In this document: piece by piece, positions 1 to 8,686 of the stretch
How the letters are laid out: every line of letters begins with the position of its first letter
Position numbering within the stretch: the first letter of the stretch is position 1
Origin: an uncultured candidate division Zixibacteria bacterium
Lineage (GTDB): Bacteria; Zixibacteria; MSB-5A5; RBG-16-43-9
DNA: 64,000 bases
Reading direction: 5' to 3'
NCBI GenBank assembly: GCA_963713865.1
Contig: OY970208.1
Coordinates: 2,528,001 to 2,592,000, forward strand
Notes under the pieces: model-generated
The model's input: only the letters and a program-made list of their open reading frames with translations
The model's database searches: none
Told to the model about the DNA's origin: nothing
Program-made: the position numbers and the translations under genes

Positions 1-1133
1 TCTTCGGTTGGCACAAATTTAAAAGAAATCCCCGGCTCAAAGATTTCAACTTTCATCTCTTGAAGCATATTTTCTATATTTTTCACCGCGCCGCCTGACC
101 AGCCAAAAGATCCAAAAGCTCCTCCAACTTTATTCTTGGGTTTCAGCCCTTTTAAGTTACCTAACAAAGTGAATACCTCTGGCAGCATATCGTTATCCAC
201 AGTAGACGAACCCACTAATAGACCTTTTGCTTCCAAAATCTCTTTTATCACATCGCTTCTATCAGAAACCGAAAGTTTATAAATATCCGCTTCAACTTTT
301 CCTTCTTTTATCCCTTCTGCTATAGCTCGGGCCATTTTCCCGGTAGAATCATACATCGAATCGAAAACGATTATTACCTTTTCTTTAGTTTCTCCTTTTC
401 CCCATCTGAGGTAAGCATCTATTATTTTTTGTGGATTTTTTCTCCAGATCAGCCCATGGCTGGGACCAACCATTTTTATTTTCCAGCCTGATTTCTGTAT
501 CTCCTCGATTTTCTTGACAGCTATAGAACCAAAAGGCATAAGGATATTAGCATAATATTTTTCTGCTTCATCCATAATCCTGCACTCTTCGATTTCATCA
601 TCAAACCTCTCTGAAGATGCCAGATGCTGGCCAAAAGCATCATTAGGCAAAAGGAACTGATCTTCCTCGATATAGGTGAACATACTATCCGGCCAGTGAA
701 GCATCGGCGCCTCAAGAAAACTCAGGCTCTTTTTGCCTAAACTTATTTTATCCCCGGTTTTGACTATCTGAAAATCCCAGTTGGTAAAATAATGTTTGAG
801 CAACCCTTCTTTGCATCTGACATTACAAAACAATTTAGCGCCGGGTACAAGGCTCATTATTTTCGGGAGTGAACCAGAATGATCAGTTTCAACATGATTG
901 GCGATAACATAATCGATTTTCTGCGGGTCAATAATCTGCCTTATTCTTTCAATCATTTCCTCTGCAAAAGGAGCATAAACAGTATCCACCAATGCGATTT
1001 TCTCATCTATAACCAGATAAGCATTATAAGTCGTCCCGTGATGAGTCGAAAAAGTGTGCCCGTGAAAATATCTGGTATCCCAGTCAATAGCACCAACCCA
1101 GAAAACACCTTCAGTTAATTTGACAGGTTTCAT
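1..1133 (-). CDS. fprA: Flavodiiron protein (FprA/A-type flavoprotein), runs off window start
   Basis: Manual translation from ATG 1133: MKPVKLTEGVFWVGAIDW..HGTTYNAYL..NHVETDHSGS..HWPDS..SNDAFGQH metallo-beta-lactamase motifs, then flavodoxin domain (DSMYDSTGKMA, AFGSFGWSGGA). Confidence 0.93.
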   Translation of the reverse strand, partial: MKPVKLTEGVFWVGAIDWDTRYFHGHTFSTHHGTTYNAYLVIDEKIALVDTVYAPFAEEMIERIRQIIDPQKIDYVIANHVETDHSGSLPKIMSLVPGAKLFCNVRCKEGLLKHYFTNWDFQIVKTGDKISLGKKSLSFLEAPMLHWPDSMFTYIEEDQFLLPNDAFGQHLASSERFDDEIEECRIMDEAEKYYANILMPFGSIAVKKIEEIQKSGWKIKMVGPSHGLIWRKNPQKIIDAYLRWGKGETKEKVIIVFDSMYDSTGKMARAIAEGIKEGKVEADIYKLSVSDRSDVIKEILEAKGLLVGSSTVDNDMLPEVFTLLGNLKGLKPKNKVGGAFGSFGWSGGAVKNIENMLQEMKVEIFEPGISFKFVPTE

Positions 1134-1167
1134 TTTTAATACCTCAGTCTTATCCAAGTTTGTTTTA

Positions 1168-1304
1168 CGTAGCGCAACTAAGCATGTCCCGCTATCGGCG
1201 GGATCCGGTTCGCTTTGCGAGGCTAAAGCCTCGCACTACGATTTTCCCGTCGGGTCAGGGGACCCGACGGCACGTGGGTAAGGGCCGGCGCGCCGCACCC
1301 CTAT
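1168..1304. repeat. Cluster of REP-like palindromes
   Basis: tcccgctatcggcggga; gcgaggctaaagcctcgcactac; gtcgggtcaggggacccgac; degenerate copy of the 35169 palindrome. Confidence 0.8.
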
Positions 1305-1307
1305 AGA

Positions 1308-2633
1308 TCATAAAATCGGCAGATATTTATCTATCTCATACTGGCTCACGTGCACCCGGTAATCATCCCATTCCACTTTCTTGTTGGCAATAAGAGACTC
1401 GAAAATATGCTCACCTAAAGTCTCCTTGGCTAACTCACTTTTTTTAAATTCGCAGATAGCTTCTTCTAAGGTCCCGGGCAAACAACCAATTTTGTATTTT
1501 TCCCTTTCTTCCTCTGACATATGGAATATATCCTTTTCCACTGGAGGAAGAAGTTCTAATTTTTCCTCCATCCCCTTTAAGCCCGAAGCAAGCATCAGGG
1601 CAAAGACTAAATAAGGATTACAAGAAGGGTCAGCTGAGCGAAGCTCTAACCGGGTGGTTTTCTCTTTGCCTGGTTTATATTCGGGTATTCTTACTAAAGC
1701 TGAGCGATTGCGTGTCCCCCAGGAGATATAGACTGGCGCTTCATATCCTGGAACAAGCCTCTTATAAGAGTTAACCCATTGGCTTAGGACCAGAGTAATC
1801 TCCCTGATGTATTTAAAAATCCCGGCGATATAATGTTTGGCTAAAGGGGTCAGATGATACTTTTTCTCGTTTGGATCGAAGAAGATATTCCTTTCACCTT
1901 CAAATATAGACTGATGAGTATGCATCCCTGAACCGTTCTGTCCGAATAAGGGCTTAGGCATAAAGGTAGCATAATAACCATTCCTTAAAGCTAATTCCTT
2001 AACGGTTAGTCTGTAGAACATAACAAAATCAGCCATAATCAAAGCTTCCTGATACCTCAAATCGATCTCATGCTGTGAGGGCGCTACCTCGTGATGAGTG
2101 CATTCAACCTGGATACCCATTTTTTCAAGAGCTGTAGCAGCTGCTTTCCTCATACCCGTTCCTGGACTTACCGTGCTGTAGTCAAAATACCCACCCTCGT
2201 CAATTGGCTCAGGCTTATCCTTGGAGGGGAAATAGAAATACTCTATCTCCGGACCACAGTAGAAGGTCCAGCCTTTCTTTTTAATCTTATCTAAAATCCT
2301 TTTTAGAGCATAGCGACTATCCCCGGCAAAGGGGGAGCCGTCCGGATTCAAGACATCGCAGATCATCAAAGCCACTTTTTCATCGTTCACCGACCAGGGT
2401 AGTATCCTGAAGGTCTGAGGATCTGGCATCGCCACTAAATCGCTTTCCTCAATTCTCACGAACCCTTCCACTGAGGAGCCGTCAAAACCCTGCCCTTCTT
2501 CTAAGATCTCTTCCATCTCCCTTGGGGTAACAGACATCCCTTTTAGAGCCCCTAATATATCTGAAAACCAGAGCCGGATATAATTGATCTTATTCTCTTT
2601 TATTAACTCTAAAACTTCCTGTTTGGTCTTCAA
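1308..2633 (-). CDS. glnA: Glutamine synthetase type I (alpha-like, short form)
   Basis: FDGSS, HHEVAPSQHE, NGSGMHTHQS, PGYEAP, NRSALVRIP motifs; start moved to TTG 2633 behind AAGGAGG. Confidence 0.92.
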   Translation of the reverse strand: MKTKQEVLELIKENKINYIRLWFSDILGALKGMSVTPREMEEILEEGQGFDGSSVEGFVRIEESDLVAMPDPQTFRILPWSVNDEKVALMICDVLNPDGSPFAGDSRYALKRILDKIKKKGWTFYCGPEIEYFYFPSKDKPEPIDEGGYFDYSTVSPGTGMRKAAATALEKMGIQVECTHHEVAPSQHEIDLRYQEALIMADFVMFYRLTVKELALRNGYYATFMPKPLFGQNGSGMHTHQSIFEGERNIFFDPNEKKYHLTPLAKHYIAGIFKYIREITLVLSQWVNSYKRLVPGYEAPVYISWGTRNRSALVRIPEYKPGKEKTTRLELRSADPSCNPYLVFALMLASGLKGMEEKLELLPPVEKDIFHMSEEEREKYKIGCLPGTLEEAICEFKKSELAKETLGEHIFESLIANKKVEWDDYRVHVSQYEIDKYLPIL

Positions 2634-2712
2634 TTTATTTTCCTCCTTCTTTGAAGATTGGAAATTAGTCATAGATTCAGCGGGCAAAGGTGTCCGCTCT
2701 ACGAAAGATGAA

Positions 2713-2803
2713 AGGGTCAGCATTCGTAGGCAGGGCTCCCAGCCCTGCAATACTTGTTTTTCTCAGAGTTCTTTCTGTCAGGTCAGCCAGAGCTGACCCT
2801 GCA
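2713..2803. repeat. REP-like hairpins between the glnA paralogues
   Basis: gtaggcagggctcccagccctgc and ggtcagccagagctgacc. Confidence 0.6.
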
Positions 2804-2835
2804 AGAAAATCATCATAAGCTCTTCTCTCGTAAAT

Positions 2836-4272
2836 TTAAACGTCATAATATAAACTGATCTCATACGGATGAGGTCTGTTTCTTACCTCGTTATATTCAC
2901 GATTTAATTTATAATCTATCCAGGTTTCCAATAAGTCCTCGCTAAAAACTCCGGTAGAAAGGAGAAAATCGAAATCCTTGGTTAATGCATCTAATGCCTC
3001 TTTTAAAGAAGAAGGCAAATTTTTTATCCTGGCTTTTTCTTTTGATGAGAGAAGAAAGATATTCTTATCCATTGGACCAAAACCGGCTTTGGTCGGGTCG
3101 ATCATCTTTTTTATCCCATCCAGGCCCGCTAAAAGTTGAGCCACAACTGCTAAGTAAACATTACAGGAGGCATCTGCCGGACGAAACTCAATTCTCTTCT
3201 CCATCGGATCATTATAGGCATATTTTGGTATCCTGATTGCCGCACTTCGATTGGCCAAGGAGAAGAAAAGCTTGACTGGTGCTTCAAATCCCGGGACTAA
3301 TCTTTTATAGGAATTGGTACTGGGATTGGTGAAGGCTAAAAGAGCAGGTCCATGCGTCAAAAGTCCACCAATATAATACAGGGCTAACTTGCTTAATCCT
3401 CCATATCCGTTTTTATCGTAGAATAATGGCTTTCCTTTTTTAAAAAGATGCTGATGAAAATGCATCCCGTTTCCGGCTTCATTATACAAAGGCTTGGGCA
3501 TAAAGGTAACGGTGTGATTATGCCTTTTTGCTACCATTTTTATAAGATATTTAATCCACATACTTATATCGCCGATCCGGACGAGATCATCCAGTATAAT
3601 CTCTATCTCGGATTGTCCGGGTCCTCCCACCTCATGGTGATGGTACCTTATCTTTATCCCACTTTCTTCAATAAGCTTAACCATTTCAGAACGCACATTA
3701 AAAAGGTCATCTAAGGGAGGAATAGCCTCGTACCCACCATGCGGAGGAATTTTATGTCCCAAATTTTTGCCTACCATCAAGCCTGAGTTCCAGTCCGCCT
3801 CGTTGGAATCTATGATATAAGACGACATATTAATATCGTTCTTACAACTTACACTGTCGAATATATAAAACTCAAATTCCGGTCCCCATAAACTTTTATC
3901 CGCTATCCCGCTACTCAGAAGATACTTCTGCGCCTTTTGGACAATATACCTGGGTTCTCTGGGAAATAAAGTCATGTTATCAGCTTCAGCCGAACTGCAG
4001 ATAAAGCTCAAAGTTGGCACCTCCCAGAAAGGGTCAAGTTGAGCAGTGGAAATATCTGGAAGCAAGACCATATCTCCAGACTCTAAGGATTTGAAACCTG
4101 GAGTGCTGGAGCCGTCATAGGGAACTCCTGATGCAAACATCTTCCGATTCAACTGGCTTGCAGGCAAAGAGAGATGATGCCATTTACCAAAAAGGTCACC
4201 ATACTTCAAGTCAACCATCTCTATCTTTTCTTTCCTGGCAAAGGCTAAAACCTCTTTTATACTCTTAAACAA
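2836..4272 (-). CDS. glnA: Glutamine synthetase type I (beta-like, long form)
   Basis: YDGSS, GPEFEFYIFD plus beta-type insertion, HHHEVG, GNGMHFHQH, PGFEAP, NRSAAIRIP, RPHPYE; TTG start 4272 behind AAGGAGG. Confidence 0.92.
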   Translation of the reverse strand: MFKSIKEVLAFARKEKIEMVDLKYGDLFGKWHHLSLPASQLNRKMFASGVPYDGSSTPGFKSLESGDMVLLPDISTAQLDPFWEVPTLSFICSSAEADNMTLFPREPRYIVQKAQKYLLSSGIADKSLWGPEFEFYIFDSVSCKNDINMSSYIIDSNEADWNSGLMVGKNLGHKIPPHGGYEAIPPLDDLFNVRSEMVKLIEESGIKIRYHHHEVGGPGQSEIEIILDDLVRIGDISMWIKYLIKMVAKRHNHTVTFMPKPLYNEAGNGMHFHQHLFKKGKPLFYDKNGYGGLSKLALYYIGGLLTHGPALLAFTNPSTNSYKRLVPGFEAPVKLFFSLANRSAAIRIPKYAYNDPMEKRIEFRPADASCNVYLAVVAQLLAGLDGIKKMIDPTKAGFGPMDKNIFLLSSKEKARIKNLPSSLKEALDALTKDFDFLLSTGVFSEDLLETWIDYKLNREYNEVRNRPHPYEISLYYDV

Positions 4273-4470
4273 TTCAACCTCCTTAAAAACAAACATACTG
4301 AATAAACCAGTGCTTGACATCCGCCTTTGGCGGATTGACCTAGCTCACCTATGGGGAATCGGGTCGGGGGACCCGAAGGATACATCACCTCGTCTGTTTT
4401 CTTAAACAATTAACCTTTTAAAAATAAAAAAACTGAACTACTTTATTTATTAAGTTCAATTTAAATCAAT

Positions 4471-4499
4471 TATATAACATTAAAATTTTTAAAAGTCAA
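4471..4499 (-). promoter_or_regulatory. Putative sigma70 promoter for the glnA pair
   Basis: TTGACT-17 nt-TATATA with TG extended -10 on the minus strand. Confidence 0.55.
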
Positions 4500-4515
4500 G
4501 CAAATTAAAAAATGT

Positions 4516-4798
4516 TGTTATAGCAAGATTAAAATGTCCTGTCTTACCGATCCATTTCTCGGATTATCAGGCTTTAGCACGTACTCTGTGTCTTGAGATT
4601 GACAGGAGCTTTTTTTATTTTTGTTCATTATGTGCAAATTGTGGATTAATCTTATCCGCCTCAGGCGGACCGCCAGGGATGATCCGCTGGAGGTATCCAC
4701 GCCTTTTTAAGTGTAAATACGTATGGTTTTGTCGCTTCTTCCACCCTTTTAGGCCTAGTGATAATCTCTTTTCCTGTGGATCCAAATAATGATTTCAT
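4516..4798 (-). mobile_element. Remnant right end of an ISNCY/IS1202-like element (transposase C-terminus plus terminal IR)
   Basis: 45-aa ORF 4798-4661 ends KKAWIPPADHPWR; terminus TGTTATAGCAAGATTAAAATGTCC at 4516 resembles TGT...AAATGTCC IS ends. Confidence 0.6.
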
Positions 4799-4827
4799 AT
4801 TACCATCCTTATATTTCTTATTCTATC

Positions 4828-5397
4828 TTATAATTTTTTTAAATCAATTTTTTTATTCTTTACGTTTTCTGGATTTTCGGAATCCAGTTCCCATTTAAGG
4901 AGGTTATTAACAATATATTCCCGAATCTGCTTTAAATCATCTTCGTTTCTGATTATATGCTCATAATAATTACGTTGCCAAACAGACAAACCGGGTGTTT
5001 GACGAATTTGATTGATTTGTTTGGTTGTTGCAGATTTGAACAATCGAACAATAGTGGGTATTGAATTTGATACGGGCTTCCCAAATTGTTCAATCGGAGG
5101 GGCACGTTGCAACGTGCCCCTACCATCATCCATGATCATAATTATACCATGTAAATGATTCGGCATTATAACAAATTCATCTATTATTAAATTTAAACGT
5201 ATTTCCGATGCTCTTAACCACTCTTTCCTGACGATAATACCATATTTATTTAACTTCATCTCGCCGTTTGAAATATTTCCAAATATACACTTCCAGCCAT
5301 AGGTACAAATAGTAATAAAATATCCTCCATTCTGTGAATAATCATATTCTTTTAACCGGATGGAACGCCGATGGTGTTCTTTTGAATTATCTTTCAT
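4828..5397 (-). mobile_element. REP-associated tyrosine transposase (RAYT, HUH/Y1) #1
   Basis: RRSIRLKEYDYS..YFITICT, IMPNHLHGI (HUH), WQRNYYEHIIR, YIVNN catalytic Tyr; internal REP at 5096-5123. Confidence 0.9.
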
Positions 5398-5418
5398 TCT
5401 CCTTTTTAATCTATAAAC

Positions 5419-5958
5419 CTATTGTGCTTTCCTTATTAATCTGATAAACGTTCTTAAATAGACCGCAGTAGTGATCAAAATGACTACAATCCCCATTCCT
5501 AAAAATACCCTTTTAATAAAATCCAGCTCTAAGATATAGAACAAAATGGTAAAACTCCAGACGCAGGCATTAAGCTTACCCCAGAAGGCAGAGACCGGAA
5601 CGATTTTTCTTTTTCTGATCACCAATAATCCAGCCAAAAGATTCAGTATTTCTTTAGTGACAACCAGAACACAAGCCCATACTGGAAAACCTTTATATAT
5701 GGTGGTATAGAGGATAAAAATGCCGATCCCTAATTTGTCCACAAAGGGGTCTAAGATTTTACCTAAATCTGAAATCTGATTCAGGGTGCGGGCAAGGAAA
5801 CCATCTAAGACGTCTGTGATACCTGCAACTGCTATAAAAAAGACTGCGAGGAATAAATTGTCTTCTTTGAGAAAATAGAAGATAAAAGGGTAAGAAAAAA
5901 ATCTAATGAAGGTAAGCAGATTTGGAATTAAGAAAAAGTCAGTTTTTTTAATCTCCAT
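5419..5958 (-). CDS. CDP-alcohol phosphatidyltransferase (PgsA-like)
   Basis: PNLLTFIR, DVLDGFLAR..GKILDPFVDK signature; hydrophobic. Confidence 0.88.
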   Translation of the reverse strand: MEIKKTDFFLIPNLLTFIRFFSYPFIFYFLKEDNLFLAVFFIAVAGITDVLDGFLARTLNQISDLGKILDPFVDKLGIGIFILYTTIYKGFPVWACVLVVTKEILNLLAGLLVIRKRKIVPVSAFWGKLNACVWSFTILFYILELDFIKRVFLGMGIVVILITTAVYLRTFIRLIRKAQ

Positions 5959-6004
5959 TTAATTGATTTCTGTGGAGGTAACTTCGCTTTGATCACCCGC
6001 AATT

Positions 6005-6060
6005 GTAGGGGCGAGGTCCCCTCGCCCTCTGTGGAATGGGCGGGGAAACCCTGCCCCTAC
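6005..6060. repeat. Inverted REP doublet (REPIN-like)
   Basis: GTAGGGGCGAGGTCCCCTCGCCC ... GGGCGGGGAAACCCTGCCCCTAC. Confidence 0.85.
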
Positions 6061-6071
6061 AAAAATATTTA

Positions 6072-7769
6072 TTACTCTTCAATCATCTCCGCCGCATGTT
6101 CCAGGGTCAAATCACTTATCCTTTTGCCTGACATCATCCGTGCGATCTCTTGTATCCTTTCATCTCTGGAAAGAAGCTTTATTTTAGTTATAGTCCTGTT
6201 CTTGGAAACCTCTTTATAAACCTTAAAATGATAATCTGCCTGGGAAGCGATCTGCTGAAGATGGGTTATACAGATGATCTGGTGATTTGAAGAAAGTGCC
6301 TTCATCCTTTTGCCCACAGCTTCAGCCATCTCCCCTCCAATCCCCACATCCACCTCATCGAAAATCATACTTGGTACCTGGTCTGACTTAGCTAAAACTG
6401 ATTTTAAAGCCAGCATAATCCTGGAGATCTCACCACCTGAAGCTATCTTGGCTAAGGGCTTTAACTCCTCACCCGGATTGGGTGAAACGTAAAACTCTAC
6501 CTGATCTAATCCTTTCTCATCCACATAATATTTCTTACCATTTAATTCCAGAAGACCATCCTCTGCTTCCCGGTAGAAAATCTTTGTTTCAAAATCACAC
6601 CTCTCCATCCCCAGAAAAGAAAGCTCTTTTTTAATCTTTTTGGCTAACTCAACCCCTTTTTCTTTTCTTTTACTTGAAAGGAGTAAGGCATCTTTCTTAA
6701 GTACCTGTTTTAAATCATTGATCTCCGTATCAGTTTTTTGAATCAGCTCATCCCGGTTTTCAATTTTATCCAGCTCATTTTTAATCCGGTCTGCATAATT
6801 TAAGATTTCTGAAACAGTTTGACCATATTTCTTTTTCAGGGTATTATTCAGGTTCAACCTCTCCCTTATCTTCTCCAATCTATCCGGCTCGAAGTTCAAA
6901 CTATCCTTATACCCTTGCAAAAATCTGGAGGTTTCATCTAACTGCAGGGCAGCAGAATTTAGGGCTTCGATATGCTCTTTTAACCTGAGGTCATACTCTC
7001 CCCCTTTTTCCAGCTCCTTTTTCAAGCAGGATAGTCTTTCTAAAATAGACCCATCCTTTTCATAAAGCTCCTGAAAGATTACAGATGTAATCTGGAAAAG
7101 AGTCTCTGAATTTTCTAAGATTATTTTCTGAGAGTAAAGCTCCTCCTCTTCTCCAGCTGAAAGATTAGCACTTAAAATCTCCTTGAGCTGAAATTGATAA
7201 AGCTCCTTTTTCTCTTTTGAAATTTTATCTATTTTTTTCAGCTCCTCTAAATCCTCTATTGTTTTCTTCAGTTTATAATAACTATCGCTGACCCTGTTCA
7301 GGAGGTCTTTAGCCTCCGCATAATTATCTAAATAGGTAAGATGTTCATCCGGATTCAAAAGAGACTGGTGTTCGTGCTGGCCGTGAAGGTCTGCTAACTG
7401 ATCGCCTAAAAGTTTGAGATTCGCCAGGGTAACTAAGCGGTCATTCAGAAAACATCTGCTTACCCCTTTACTGGAAAGCTCCCTGCGGATAATCAACTGG
7501 TTTTCCGGGTAAATTATATCAAGTCCAGATAAAAGTTTCTCAATCAGACCTTTTGGCTTGATCTCAAAAACCGCCTCAACTATGGCAGAGTCAGCCCCGC
7601 TGCGAATCATCTCTGAGGAAGCTCTTTCCCCTAAGGCTAAATTCAAAGCCCCGATGATGATCGATTTACCCGCTCCCGTAGCACCGGTCAGAACATTCAA
7701 CCCCTGAAAAAACTCAACCTCTAAATTCTCGACAATGGCAAAATTTTTAATTCGCAGATTTTTGAGCAT
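6072..7769 (-). CDS. recN: DNA repair protein RecN
   Basis: TGATGAGKS Walker A, HGQHEHQSL, ASGGEISR, FDEVD, CITHL. Confidence 0.96.
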   Translation of the reverse strand: MLKNLRIKNFAIVENLEVEFFQGLNVLTGATGAGKSIIIGALNLALGERASSEMIRSGADSAIVEAVFEIKPKGLIEKLLSGLDIIYPENQLIIRRELSSKGVSRCFLNDRLVTLANLKLLGDQLADLHGQHEHQSLLNPDEHLTYLDNYAEAKDLLNRVSDSYYKLKKTIEDLEELKKIDKISKEKKELYQFQLKEILSANLSAGEEEELYSQKIILENSETLFQITSVIFQELYEKDGSILERLSCLKKELEKGGEYDLRLKEHIEALNSAALQLDETSRFLQGYKDSLNFEPDRLEKIRERLNLNNTLKKKYGQTVSEILNYADRIKNELDKIENRDELIQKTDTEINDLKQVLKKDALLLSSKRKEKGVELAKKIKKELSFLGMERCDFETKIFYREAEDGLLELNGKKYYVDEKGLDQVEFYVSPNPGEELKPLAKIASGGEISRIMLALKSVLAKSDQVPSMIFDEVDVGIGGEMAEAVGKRMKALSSNHQIICITHLQQIASQADYHFKVYKEVSKNRTITKIKLLSRDERIQEIARMMSGKRISDLTLEHAAEMIEE

Positions 7770-7809
7770 TTAAACCTTTGAGCCTTTAAACAAATGAATT
7801 ATTAAAATC

Positions 7810-8676
7810 TTATTTCCCCATTTTCGGTCTTGCTCCCCAGTGAAGCTTTGTTCTTAAAACCTCGTAAAAAGATCTGTGCTGAAATTTTATCAGGTTAATC
7901 CGATGTTTAGCTTTATGAACAAAGATAGTGCTGGGCGAGCTTAACTTAAGAGAGACCTGTCCATCCAGGGTTAACATCGCTTCTTTATGCTCCGATTCCA
8001 TCACTATTTTCAAAAAATCATTTCCGGAAAAAACCATCGGTCTTAAGGCTAAGGTAAACGGACAGATGGGAGATGCTATGATGGCATTTATCCTGGGATT
8101 GATGATTGGTCCATTAGCCGACATGGAGTATGCAGTTGAGCCAGTGGTCGTGGCTAAGATCAGGCCATCCGCAGAATAAGAACAAACGAATTCTTTATTG
8201 TCGTATAGATGAAGATGAATTAAACGTGCAACTTTTCCTTTATCTATCACAATATCGTTCAAGGCAAAAAGGTTTTTCTCATTTAGACCCACTACCTCTG
8301 TTTGCAAACACATCCTCTTATCTATAACATATTCTTTTTTCTTGACCCGATCTAAAGTCTTTTCGATCCTATCAGAGGTGATCTCAGTCAAAAAACCGAT
8401 GCTTCCTAAATTAATCCCTAAAATAGGATTCTCTTTACTCCCCACCGCACGAGCAGAGGAAAGCATAGTTCCATCTCCCCCTAATGAGACCATAATCTGT
8501 GAGTACTCAGGAAGTTTTTCAAGCGGGACAGCTTTTTCCTTATGCCCAACTAACTTTGATAATTCCGGAATTAAATAGAAATCGATCTTATTCTTTTGAG
8601 CCCAGCGGATTATTCGATTGACTGTTGATTTCACTTTTGGCTTTTTAACATTCGCTACAATCCCAATGCTTTTCAT
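7810..8676 (-). CDS. nadK: NAD kinase
   Basis: LGGDGT, GINLGSIGFL, ALND, ADGLILAT.TGSTAYS. Confidence 0.95.
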   Translation of the reverse strand: MKSIGIVANVKKPKVKSTVNRIIRWAQKNKIDFYLIPELSKLVGHKEKAVPLEKLPEYSQIMVSLGGDGTMLSSARAVGSKENPILGINLGSIGFLTEITSDRIEKTLDRVKKKEYVIDKRMCLQTEVVGLNEKNLFALNDIVIDKGKVARLIHLHLYDNKEFVCSYSADGLILATTTGSTAYSMSANGPIINPRINAIIASPICPFTLALRPMVFSGNDFLKIVMESEHKEAMLTLDGQVSLKLSSPSTIFVHKAKHRINLIKFQHRSFYEVLRTKLHWGARPKMGK

Positions 8677-8686
8677 CTTACTTCCT

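Noticed and set aside
4459-4515. dif/Xer site next to the IS1202-like end
   Set aside because: Only a partial match to an XerD arm in very AT-rich promoter DNA; not distinguishable from chance.
4538-4608. Long stem (tcctgtc...gacagga) upstream of glnA as a glutamine riboswitch
   Set aside because: It lies upstream of the predicted promoter and within the IS remnant end; no glnA-motif consensus is recognisable.
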